From: Gammaproteobacteria bacterium | Lineage (GTDB): Bacteria > Pseudomonadota > Gammaproteobacteria > Tenderiales > Tenderiaceae | NCBI GenBank assembly: GCA_021731365.1 | Contig: JAKFXL010000011.1 | Coordinates: 7,848 to 71,847 of the forward strand | Direction of reading: 5' to 3' | DNA: 64,000 nucleotides | Shown: piece after piece, positions 10,028-18,998 of the stretch | How the letters are laid out: each line of letters starts with the position of its first letter | How positions within the stretch are numbered: position 1 is the stretch's first letter | The notes under the pieces: model-generated | Database searches by the model: none | Told to the model about the DNA's origin: nothing | The model's input: only the letters and a program-made list of their open reading frames with translations | Program-made: the position numbers and the translations under genes

Positions 10028-10591
10028 ATGAACAACGCCATCTGCCTGACCAACCATTTTCTAATTGCCATGCCGCAGCTTCAGGATCACCATTTTTTTC
10101 ATAGTGTGACCTACATCTGTCAGCATGACGCCGAGGGGGCGATGGGGGTCATGATCAACCGCCCACTCGACATCCCGTTAAGCGAAATTTTTACGCAGCT
10201 GGATATCGCCCACAACAACCCTGCATTTACAAAAGATGCGATCTATTTTGGCGGACCGGTGCAACCCAACCACGGGTTTGTGCTTCACCGCCCGGAACAG
10301 CTGTGGCAGGGCATGACGTTGGTCTCAAAAGAGATTGCACTTACCGCCTCCAGCGACATCCTTAGCCACATCGCCCACCATGACCAACCCAAAGATCGGC
10401 TCATCGCCCTCGGTTATGCCGGCTGGGGAGCCGGCCAACTGGAGGATGAGCTGGCCCAAAACGCCTGGCTCAACGTTCCTGCCGACGCCAACATCATCTT
10501 CAACCTGCCTGCTGAGCAGCGCTGGCGCGCAGCTGCGGCACTGCTGGGGGTTGACCTGACCCGGCTCTCTGACGAGGTTGGACATGCCTGA
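10028..10591 (+). CDS. yqgE: YqgE/AlgH family protein
   Basis: NHFLIAMP, GGPV, LGYAGWGAGQLEDEL, C-terminal GHA. Confidence 0.93.
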   Translation: MNNAICLTNHFLIAMPQLQDHHFFHSVTYICQHDAEGAMGVMINRPLDIPLSEIFTQLDIAHNNPAFTKDAIYFGGPVQPNHGFVLHRPEQLWQGMTLVSKEIALTASSDILSHIAHHDQPKDRLIALGYAGWGAGQLEDELAQNAWLNVPADANIIFNLPAEQRWRAAAALLGVDLTRLSDEVGHA

Positions 10592-11033
10592 TCCCAAACC
10601 TGACAACGTTGGCCAGCGTACGCTGCTGGGGTTTGACTATGGCCGCAAACGCATTGGGGTGGCCGTTGGCCAGGAGTTCACCGGTACCACCCGGCCACTC
10701 ACCACTGTGAACGTCCATAATCAACTGATCGACTGGCCCCATATCGAACGGTTGATCAAGGAGTGGCTGCCCCATCTGATTATTGTGGGTCTGCCACTCA
10801 ACGCCGACGGTACCGAACATGAGGTGAGCCGTCTGGCGCGGCGTTTCTCCAACCAGCTGCATGGCCGTTTTAACCGCCCGGTGGAACTGGTAGACGAGCG
10901 TCTGACCTCCAGCGAAGCGGAAGAGATTATGGTGGAGGCACGCCGCCAGGGGCAGATGAGACGCCAGAAGAGCAAAGAGTCGATCGATCAGATTGCCGCC
11001 GAGTTGATCCTGAAAAGCTGGTTAGGCCAATAG
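10584..11033 (+). CDS. ruvX: Pre-16S rRNA nuclease / Holliday junction resolvase-like RuvX (YqgF)
   Basis: LGFDYGRKRIGVAVG, VGLP, VDERLTS, IDQIAA. Confidence 0.93.
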   Translation: MPDPKPDNVGQRTLLGFDYGRKRIGVAVGQEFTGTTRPLTTVNVHNQLIDWPHIERLIKEWLPHLIIVGLPLNADGTEHEVSRLARRFSNQLHGRFNRPVELVDERLTSSEAEEIMVEARRQGQMRRQKSKESIDQIAAELILKSWLGQ

Positions 11034-11143
11034 TCCAGTCCCCTTGCCAATCACCATCAATGGTTTAATAGCACCTGCAATTGCTGGTTTTAGGATTGTG
11101 GCTAAGCCGCTACAATAGCCACCTACCTGCGCCGGAGAGCACC

Positions 11144-11653
11144 ATGACAGACCCCATGGATATCAATAACACCCTGACCCGTCTTGCCGCCGAGACAGCG
11201 GCCTATCTGGAGCAGCGCGGCACAACCGATGCTGTAATGATCGGCATCCACTCCGGTGGGGTCTGGGTCGCTGAAAGGCTGCACGCGCTGATGAACATCA
11301 GCGAGCCGCTGGGGCACCTCGACATATCCTTCTACCGTGATGATTTCAGCCGTATCGGCATGAACCCCCAGGTCAAACCCTCGCAAATCCCGTTTAACAT
11401 TGATGACCGCCACATCATCCTGGTTGACGATGTGCTCTACACCGGGCGCACCATCCGCGCCGCCCTCAATGAGATCTTCGATTATGGCCGCCCCGCCAGT
11501 ATCACCCTGGTCACACTCATCGACCGGGGGGGACGTGAACTGCCCATCGAAGCCAATGTGGTGGGCATCAAAATGGCGCTATCAGACAACAAAAACGTCA
11601 AGCTTCAGGGACCTGAACCTCTGTCGCTGCAGATCAGCGAAAAAAACAGTTAA
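11144..11653 (+). CDS. pyrR: Bifunctional pyr regulator / uracil phosphoribosyltransferase
   Basis: LDISFYRDD, LVDDVLYTGRTIRAAL, DRGGRELPI. Start at ATG 11144 after GGAG. Confidence 0.93.
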   Translation: MTDPMDINNTLTRLAAETAAYLEQRGTTDAVMIGIHSGGVWVAERLHALMNISEPLGHLDISFYRDDFSRIGMNPQVKPSQIPFNIDDRHIILVDDVLYTGRTIRAALNEIFDYGRPASITLVTLIDRGGRELPIEANVVGIKMALSDNKNVKLQGPEPLSLQISEKNS

Positions 11654-11671
11654 ACGAGAATAAAACAGCCC

Positions 11672-12655
11672 ATGATTCGTACCAATCTCCAGCTGGACCA
11701 AAACGGGCGGCTGCGCCACTTCCTCACCATTGAAGGGCTCAAACGACAGATGTTGATCGACATCCTTGATACCGCCGAATCCCTGGCGGGGGTTGTTGAC
11801 CAGCAGGTCAAAAAGGTCCCGCTGTTACGTGGCAAAACCGTGGTCAACCTCTTCTTCGAGGCCAGCACCCGCACCCGCACCACCTTTGAGCTGGCGGCCA
11901 AACGGCTCTCGGCCGATGTGATCAACCTGAACATCGCCGCCTCCGCCGCCAAAAAAGGGGAGACACTGCTCGATACCCTGCACAATCTTGAAGCGATGCA
12001 CTGCGACATGTTTGTCGTACGCCATGAGGAGAGTGGTGCCGCCCACTTCATCGCCCGCCATGTGGCACCCCACATCAGCGTGATCAATGCTGGCGATGGT
12101 CGCCACGCCCACCCAACCCAGGCGATGCTTGATATGTATACCATCCGTCAGGTCAAAGGGGATTTTTACCCCCTCAAAGTGGCCATTGTCGGCGATATTC
12201 TCCACTCCCGTGTCGCCCGTTCACAGATCCACGCCCTCACTACCCTGGGGGTCAGCGAAGTCAGGGTCATCGGTCCTAAAACGTTGCTGCCCAAGGATGT
12301 CGAAAGCCTCGGTGTGCATGTCTATCACAACCTCATCAAAGGGCTGGAGGGTGTGGATGTGGTCATCATGCTACGGCTGCAAAACGAACGGATGGAAGGG
12401 GCTATGTTGCCCAGCGAACATGAGTACTTCCAGCTCTACGGTCTCACTGAATCGACCCTGGCCGCCGCCAAACCGGACGCCATTGTGATGCACCCCGGCC
12501 CCATCAACCGCGGGGTGGAGATCGAGTCGAGCATTGCCGACGGGCCACGCTCCGTCATTCTGCAACAGGTCACCAACGGCATTGCCGTCCGTATGGCAGT
12601 CATGTCGATGTGCATGGGCAGCCATGCCAGCGCTGGCGACGGGGGGGCCGCCTGA
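11672..12655 (+). CDS. pyrB: Aspartate carbamoyltransferase catalytic subunit
   Basis: [27 protein letters not shown]. Confidence 0.96.
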   Translation: MIRTNLQLDQNGRLRHFLTIEGLKRQMLIDILDTAESLAGVVDQQVKKVPLLRGKTVVNLFFEASTRTRTTFELAAKRLSADVINLNIAASAAKKGETLLDTLHNLEAMHCDMFVVRHEESGAAHFIARHVAPHISVINAGDGRHAHPTQAMLDMYTIRQVKGDFYPLKVAIVGDILHSRVARSQIHALTTLGVSEVRVIGPKTLLPKDVESLGVHVYHNLIKGLEGVDVVIMLRLQNERMEGAMLPSEHEYFQLYGLTESTLAAAKPDAIVMHPGPINRGVEIESSIADGPRSVILQQVTNGIAVRMAVMSMCMGSHASAGDGGAA

Positions 12656-13935
12656 TGCGTATCCTGATCAAAAATGGTCACGTGGTTGACCCCGCCAACA
12701 AACGCGATGCCGTCGCCAACGTCTACATCAGCGATGGCAAGATTGCCGCCATCGGCAATACCCTGGCCGGTTTTACGGCGGATCAAGAGATTGATGCCAG
12801 CGGCAAACTGGTCTGCCCCGGTCTTGTTGACCTCTCGGCCCGACTGCGCGAACCCGGCTATGAACACAAGGCGACCATCGCCAGCGAGACCCGTGCCGCC
12901 GCGCTCTCTGGCATTACCACACTGGCCTGCCCACCGGATACAGACCCGGTCATCGACACCCCCGCCGTCATCAAACTGATCCGCCAGCGCAGTGAGCGAG
13001 CCGGTTACAGCAACGTGCACTGCATCGGTGCCGCCAGCCGTGATCTGGAGGGTGAACTGCTGAGTGAGATGGGGGCACTGAAAGAGGCAGGCTGTGTCGG
13101 TATCAGCAACGCCATGATTCCGATCAAAAATCCGTTAATCATGAAACGGATTATGGAGTACGCCGCCACCTTCGACCTGACCATCTTCCTGTTTGCCGAA
13201 GACCCCAGCCTGCGTAACAGCGGCTGTATGCACGAAGGGGCCATCAGCACCCGCCTCGGCCTGCCCGGCATCTCTGAAGCAGCCGAAACGGTCGCCGTCG
13301 CCCGCGATCTGGCACTGATCGCCGATACCGGCGTGCGCGCCCACTTCTGCCGCATCTCCACCGCCAAGGCGGCGCAGATGATCGCCCGTGCCCAGTATGA
13401 TGGCCTGGCCGTGACCGCCGATGTCAGCGCCCACCAGCTCTACCTGACCGATATGGATGTGGGGGAGTTTGATAGCCAGTGCCACGTGCGCCCCCCCCTG
13501 CGCAGCCAGCGCGACATGCAGGGGCTGCGTGAGGCGGTACGTAAAGGGAGCATCGGCGCAATCTGCTCCGACCATCAGCCCCACGAAAACGATGCCAAGC
13601 TGAACCCCTTCCGCGAAGCCGCCAGCGGTATCTCGGCGCTGGAGACCCTGCTGCCACTGACACTGCGGCTGGTGGATGAGTGCCGCATCAGCCTCAGTGA
13701 GGCCATCGCCCGTGTCACCGTGGAACCGGCACGTATTCTCGGTATCGATGCCGGCACACTTAGCGTGGGCAGTGCTGCCGACCTGATTGTTGTCGATGCA
13801 GAACAGTACTGGTCACTCTCAAAAGAGACCATGCTCAGCCGTGGGCGCAACACCCCCTTCTTTGGCTGGGAGTTGAAGGGACGGGTCACACAGACGTTGA
13901 TTAACGGCCAGCTGGTCTACAACGCGACAGAGTAA
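12655..13935 (+). CDS. pyrC: Dihydroorotase-like protein (PyrC'/PyrX type, probably non-catalytic ATCase partner)
   Basis: PGLVDLSARLREPG lacks the HxH metal ligands; PPLR and SDHQPH present; translationally coupled to pyrB. Confidence 0.85.
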   Translation: MRILIKNGHVVDPANKRDAVANVYISDGKIAAIGNTLAGFTADQEIDASGKLVCPGLVDLSARLREPGYEHKATIASETRAAALSGITTLACPPDTDPVIDTPAVIKLIRQRSERAGYSNVHCIGAASRDLEGELLSEMGALKEAGCVGISNAMIPIKNPLIMKRIMEYAATFDLTIFLFAEDPSLRNSGCMHEGAISTRLGLPGISEAAETVAVARDLALIADTGVRAHFCRISTAKAAQMIARAQYDGLAVTADVSAHQLYLTDMDVGEFDSQCHVRPPLRSQRDMQGLREAVRKGSIGAICSDHQPHENDAKLNPFREAASGISALETLLPLTLRLVDECRISLSEAIARVTVEPARILGIDAGTLSVGSAADLIVVDAEQYWSLSKETMLSRGRNTPFFGWELKGRVTQTLINGQLVYNATE

Positions 13936-13973
13936 TAGCAGAGTAATACCGGAAAGGGCAGGCGAGGCCTGGG

Positions 13974-14165
13974 TTACTCGTTATCATGGGTAACCCATAC
14001 CGCTGCCGCCCCCTCCTGATCCACCGACACATCAAAATTGATCGGCTGGCAGCAGACCTGACAATCTTCGATATAACGCTGCTGCGGTACGGAACAGTCG
14101 ATCAGGACATCGATCATCTCCCCACAGTAGGGGCACTGTACCGACTGCTCATCAAGTCCACTCAT
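13974..14165 (-). CDS. CPXCG-motif cysteine-rich protein
   Basis: CPYCGE...YIEDCQVCCQPI. Confidence 0.88.
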   Translation of the reverse strand: MSGLDEQSVQCPYCGEMIDVLIDCSVPQQRYIEDCQVCCQPINFDVSVDQEGAAAVWVTHDNE

Positions 14166-14818
14166 CACGCCACTCCTCCTGAAATAACAACCGCACCATT
14201 GCCACCCTGCCACACGGGATACTTTTTCATAACGGATTCAAACAGTGCTGAGCCGATCAGCTCGTCACTCCAGTTACGCAGTCGTGGATAAGGTGACTCC
14301 CGGAACCACAACGGCTCCACCCCGGCAAACTGGCGGATAAAGGGCAGTACCGCCATATCAGCAATAGAAAGTTGATCACCCAACAGATAACGATGGGCTA
14401 GCAACAACCCCTCCAGCTGCTGTAAAAAACACTCACCTTCGGCCCGGTAAAAAGTGGCGGGCTGTTCAGGATAACGGTCCGCATATTTGTAGCGGTCCAG
14501 CGCTGCCTTAAAACGACCATCATTCGCCTCCAACACCACCGCCGCCTCAGTCAGGTAGCCACCGTCATCCCCCAACCAGTGGTCGGGATCATGCTGTTGC
14601 AATGCCCAGCACATAATATCCCAGCTCTCATCCACCACCCGCCCCTCCGGCAGCACCAATACCGGCACACTGCCTTTAGGTGATGCCGCCAGCATCGCTG
14701 GTGGTTTGTCACGCAACTGGATTTCACGCAATTCATAAGGGATACCGCTCACCTGCAGCGCCAGACGGGCGCGAATGGCGTAGGGACAGCGTCTGAATGA
14801 GTAGAGAACGGGCACCAT
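14165..14818 (-). CDS. Glutathione S-transferase family protein
   Basis: LYSFRRCPYAIRAR, SPKGSVPVL, LDRYKY, PFIRQFA. Confidence 0.9.
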   Translation of the reverse strand: MVPVLYSFRRCPYAIRARLALQVSGIPYELREIQLRDKPPAMLAASPKGSVPVLVLPEGRVVDESWDIMCWALQQHDPDHWLGDDGGYLTEAAVVLEANDGRFKAALDRYKYADRYPEQPATFYRAEGECFLQQLEGLLLAHRYLLGDQLSIADMAVLPFIRQFAGVEPLWFRESPYPRLRNWSDELIGSALFESVMKKYPVWQGGNGAVVISGGVA

Positions 14819-14951
14819 AAGGCTCTATTAACCATCCGTTTTGGAGAGCGACAGTCAGGCTTTGAGTCCCACACTGACACGGGCAATATTAAAGGGGATA
14901 CAATCCCTGGTGACAGGCGTAGCGCCTCCGCGCCACCAGACAGGTATCTAC

Positions 14952-15638
14952 ATGAACACCACACCCCCAGAACATGAGATGGGCCGAGTATCAAACAACA
15001 CAACGCTGCCGGGCGGTTACTCACTGTTACGGCTGCATCTGCCACAGATGAGCCAGACCATCACCAGCGGTCAGCAGCTGCGTATTGAAGGGCGGATGTT
15101 GCCCGTCATGCGCTGCCCTCACAATCAGCAGTGGGTGGAGCTATTGGCCCGAACACCCCTGCCGTGGAGTACCGGCGACACCCTTCAGGTTGAGGCGGTA
15201 GGCAAGCCGTTTACCCTGCCCAACGCCCCAGTAACAGCCCTGCTGATAGGTGATTCACTGGGGCTCGCTCCCATGACCTTTCTGGCGGAACAGTTAAAAC
15301 AGACACGCAGCCACTCCCTGCTGGTACTGCTGGGTTTCAACGATACCCTCCCCTTCCGCCCGGCCCCGTCACGCATTATGGTTGATGGTCTGCCCGCAGG
15401 GGTTATTGCCACCATGCCACTGCTGGAGGATTGGTCAGTGCCTGGCCGTATCGCCCACATCGACGAACCCCCCGGCTGTTTTGGTGGCGACGTGCTCACC
15501 CTGGCGCGCCACTGGCTGGAACAACCTCAACTCGGAACGGAGATCTACATCAGCGCCACACAAACAACCTGCGCGGCTGGAGCCAGCCTCGCCAAAGAGT
15601 TTAATCTGCGCTATCAAACCGCCGTGGTCAGTGACTAA
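14952..15638 (+). CDS. Degenerate ferredoxin-reductase-like protein (PyrK-like electron transfer subunit)
   Basis: GKPFT...LLIGDSLGLAPMTFLA and PFRPAPS...PLLEDW...GCFGG; follows the pyr genes; no C-terminal Fe-S cysteine cluster. Confidence 0.6.
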   Translation: MNTTPPEHEMGRVSNNTTLPGGYSLLRLHLPQMSQTITSGQQLRIEGRMLPVMRCPHNQQWVELLARTPLPWSTGDTLQVEAVGKPFTLPNAPVTALLIGDSLGLAPMTFLAEQLKQTRSHSLLVLLGFNDTLPFRPAPSRIMVDGLPAGVIATMPLLEDWSVPGRIAHIDEPPGCFGGDVLTLARHWLEQPQLGTEIYISATQTTCAAGASLAKEFNLRYQTAVVSD

Positions 15639-16855
15639 GTCACCTCAGTGGGACGTCTGTTTTTACGTCCCACCATCGCACCAGGGTTGGTATCCGCCTC
15701 ATTTTCCAGCGCCATGCCTTTCATCGCAAACTCCAGCTCAGGGGTCATCCCCTTGCCGAGCTTGATCATCAACCGCACCTCATTGGCTGAATCGGCGTAG
15801 TGAATCGCCTCTTCATGGCTGATCTCGCCGGCCTGATAGAGTTCAAACAGGGCGTGGTCAAAATCCTTCATCCCCTGCTGGCTCTTTTTCATCGCATCCC
15901 GCAACAGGTGGAACTCACCCCGCAGGATAATATCCGCGACCAGCGGCGTATTCAGCATCAGCTCCACCGCCACGCGCCGCCCTGTGCCGCTGATGTGTGG
16001 CACCAGCCGTTGTGCCACAATCGCCTTCAGGTTCAACGACAGATCCATCAACAGCTGCTGACGGCGATCTTCAGGGAAAAAGTTGATGATACGGTCAAGT
16101 GCCTGGTTGGCGTTGGTGGCGTGGAGCGTGGTCAGCACCAGATGGCCGGTATCGGCAAAGGTGAGGGCATGTTCCATGGTTTCACGGCTGCGAACCTCAC
16201 CGATCATCACTACGTCGGGTGACTGACGCAAGGTATTCCTAAGCGCCTTATCAAAACTATGGGTATCAATACCCACCTCGCGCTGAGTCACAATGCTGCG
16301 GCGGTGTTGATGTACATACTCCACCGGGTCCTCCACCGTCACAATGTGGCCATCGCTGTTGCCGTTGCGGTAGCCGATCATCGAGGCAAGTGTCGAGGAT
16401 TTACCCGAACTGGTTGCGCCCACTATAATCACCAAGCCACGTTTGGCCATGGAGAGCTCTTCAAACCGCTCCGGCAGGCGCAGCATCTCAAAGGTGGGGA
16501 TATCACTTTTAATACGGCGAATGACCATGCCCACATCATTCTGCTGGCGAAATACATTGACACGGAAACGGCCGATACCCTGATCATGAATCGCAAAATT
16601 GGATTCAAGCTCCTCCTCAAAGATGCGGCGCTGATGAGGTGGCATGACGCCATACACCAGCACCTCGACCTGCTGACTACTGAGGGGCCGGTCTCCCAGC
16701 GGTCTCAATACGCCGTCAATCTTCAGGCTGGGCGGCATGCCCACGGTAATGAACAGATCCGTTGCCTCTTGTTTAACCACAAATCTCAAATAAGCTTTAA
16801 GATTTATTGGCTCTGTAACCCCTTCCTTGGATTTTAGTGATGCCACTTTGATCAT
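15635..16855 (-). CDS. pilU: PilT/PilU family type IV pilus ATPase (PilU-like)
   Basis: GATSSGKS, TVEDPVEY, QREVG, TLHATNANQALDRIINFFP. Confidence 0.85.
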   Translation of the reverse strand: MIKVASLKSKEGVTEPINLKAYLRFVVKQEATDLFITVGMPPSLKIDGVLRPLGDRPLSSQQVEVLVYGVMPPHQRRIFEEELESNFAIHDQGIGRFRVNVFRQQNDVGMVIRRIKSDIPTFEMLRLPERFEELSMAKRGLVIIVGATSSGKSSTLASMIGYRNGNSDGHIVTVEDPVEYVHQHRRSIVTQREVGIDTHSFDKALRNTLRQSPDVVMIGEVRSRETMEHALTFADTGHLVLTTLHATNANQALDRIINFFPEDRRQQLLMDLSLNLKAIVAQRLVPHISGTGRRVAVELMLNTPLVADIILRGEFHLLRDAMKKSQQGMKDFDHALFELYQAGEISHEEAIHYADSANEVRLMIKLGKGMTPELEFAMKGMALENEADTNPGAMVGRKNRRPTEVT

Positions 16856-17042
16856 CTCTCATATAGTGTGTTGTGCGGGAGGCCGTATTTACTCCATGCG
16901 GGCAACGGCTAAAGCCCCATCTTCAATTCTACCCGGTTTTGCTACCCTTTCTGCAAGGTTTACCGTGTTATGGCGACAGATCAACTGCATATCGCTCACC
17001 TACAGCCGATACCTACAACCGAAAACCTCTTAAGGATAGACC

Positions 17043-18467
17043 ATGAGCCAGACAGAGTATGACCTTTGTATCATCGGTGGCGGTGCCGCCGGACTGGTCG
17101 CCGCCGCTGGCGGGGCCACCCTCGGGGCCAAAGTGGTGCTGGTGGAAAAACATAAAATGGGCGGTGATTGCCTGCACTACGGCTGCATTCCCAGCAAAAG
17201 TCTGCTGCACGCCGCCAAAGTAGCCCAGACCTTGCGTACTGCGGACAGCGTCGGCCTCACCGCACACACACCTGAGATTGATCTGGCAAAGGTGATGGAG
17301 CGTATTGCAGCGGTTATCAAAACCATCGAACCCCACGACAGCCCGGAGCGGTTTCGTAGCCTGGGGGTAGAGGTAATCAGTGGCAGTGGCACCTTTACCA
17401 CCCCTGAGAGTTTTGTGGTCAATGGTAAAGAGATTCGCGCCCGCCACTTTGTGATCGCCACTGGCTCCCGCCCCGCCATCCCTGCCATCCCCGGCATTGA
17501 AAAGGTCCCCTACCTCACCAACGAGCAGATTTTTGATCTGCGCGAACCGGTACCCAGCCTCACAATCATTGGCGGTGGCCCGATTGGGTTGGAGATGGCA
17601 CAGGCCTTTGTCCGGCTTGGCAGCAAGGTCACGGTGGTGCAGCGCGGTGACCAACTGCTACCACGGGAGGACGCCGACCTCGCGGCCATCATCGCCAAAC
17701 GGCTGGACGATGAGGGGGTCGAACTACTGACCGGCCACACACCGATGGGTGTCGACGGTCAAAAGGGGGATATCCGGCTGACGGTGCGTAACCATCAAGG
17801 TATCGAACGGACAATACAGAGCACCCACCTGCTGCTGGCGGCAGGTCGCAACGCCAATATTGAAAACTTAGGCCTGGAGCGCGCCGGTGTAACGGTGGAA
17901 AAGGGGCGCATCCTGCTCGACCAGCGGCTCCGCACCAGCAACAGACGGATCTTTGCAGCGGGCGACGTGGCGGGGGGGCAGTTCACCCACATGGCCGAAC
18001 ATCACGCTGGCGTGGTACTGCGCAACACCCTCTTCCGGCTACCGGCCAAGATCGAACAGCGTGTTATCCCTTGGGCCACCTTTACCGACCCGGAGCTGGC
18101 CCGGGTGGGCCTTTCGGAGACCGAGGCCAAAGCCGCCAATATCGACCACCGCGTCTACACCTTTCCCCTGGCGGAGATCGACCGCGCCCGTACCGATGAT
18201 ATCCATGAGGGCATGGCCAAGATCATCACCACCCCCAAAGGCAGACTGCTCGGTGCTGCCATTGCCGGTGCCAATGCCGGTGAGCTGATCCACGAATATG
18301 TGCTGGCCATTGCCAAAGGGATGAAGGCGGCGGATCTGTCCGGGGTCATACACATCTACCCCTCACTGGCCCAGATCAACCGCCGCGTCGCTGACGCCCG
18401 ATTGAAAGAGGGGCTAACCCCCACGGCCAAAAAATGGATCGGGCGTATTTTTCGTCTACGGGGGTAG
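17043..18467 (+). CDS. Class-I pyridine nucleotide-disulfide oxidoreductase (Lpd/MerA-like)
   Basis: IGGGAAG, GGDCLHYGCIPSK redox disulfide, GGGPIGLE, FTDPELA, IHIYPS. Confidence 0.88.
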   Translation: MSQTEYDLCIIGGGAAGLVAAAGGATLGAKVVLVEKHKMGGDCLHYGCIPSKSLLHAAKVAQTLRTADSVGLTAHTPEIDLAKVMERIAAVIKTIEPHDSPERFRSLGVEVISGSGTFTTPESFVVNGKEIRARHFVIATGSRPAIPAIPGIEKVPYLTNEQIFDLREPVPSLTIIGGGPIGLEMAQAFVRLGSKVTVVQRGDQLLPREDADLAAIIAKRLDDEGVELLTGHTPMGVDGQKGDIRLTVRNHQGIERTIQSTHLLLAAGRNANIENLGLERAGVTVEKGRILLDQRLRTSNRRIFAAGDVAGGQFTHMAEHHAGVVLRNTLFRLPAKIEQRVIPWATFTDPELARVGLSETEAKAANIDHRVYTFPLAEIDRARTDDIHEGMAKIITTPKGRLLGAAIAGANAGELIHEYVLAIAKGMKAADLSGVIHIYPSLAQINRRVADARLKEGLTPTAKKWIGRIFRLRG

Positions 18468-18491
18468 AAAGTCGTGCTGTTGATACCGGTA

Positions 18492-18989
18492 TCAGACGTG
18501 GTCTACTGCTTCACCAAACAGTGTCCCGATACGATCCAACGCCAACTTCATCTGCACAGGGTCATCCTTTAACACCACCAGCGGCAGTGCTAGAAACGCC
18601 TCGATGCGGGCACGCAGAATACGGTAGGCGGTCATAAACGCGGCGTCGATCTCAGCATCACTGCCGGTGGCGTGGGCTGGATCCTCCACCCCCCAGTGGC
18701 TGCGGATGGCAGGCCGCAGGTAGGCCGGGCAACTTTCGCCAGCGGCACTGGCACACACAGTAATTACAATGTCAGGGGTGACAGGCAGACCTTGCCACGA
18801 TTTGCTGTGCAGGCCTACGGTTGAAATGCCCTCCCGCGCCAGCAACGCCAGGGAGCGGGGATGGACCTGGCCGGCAGGTCTGCTACCGGCACTGATGGCG
18901 TGCCAACCGGCCGGGGCAAGGTGGTTAAAGGTGGCTTCCGCCAGGATCGACCGGCAGGAGTTGCCGGTACAAAGAATGAGTATATTCAT
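18492..18989 (-). CDS. arsC: Arsenate reductase ArsC (LMW-PTP fold)
   Basis: LCTGNSCRS P-loop, ITVC...CP, HWGVEDP. Confidence 0.85.
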   Translation of the reverse strand: MNILILCTGNSCRSILAEATFNHLAPAGWHAISAGSRPAGQVHPRSLALLAREGISTVGLHSKSWQGLPVTPDIVITVCASAAGESCPAYLRPAIRSHWGVEDPAHATGSDAEIDAAFMTAYRILRARIEAFLALPLVVLKDDPVQMKLALDRIGTLFGEAVDHV

Positions 18990-18998
18990 CTGCCTGCC

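Noticed and set aside
12655-13935. Loss of HxH in the dihydroorotase as a novelty
   Set aside because: Known feature of PyrC'/PyrX subunits coupled to pyrB.
17043-18467. Mercuric reductase MerA
   Set aside because: No C-terminal vicinal Cys pair, no NmerA domain and no mer genes.
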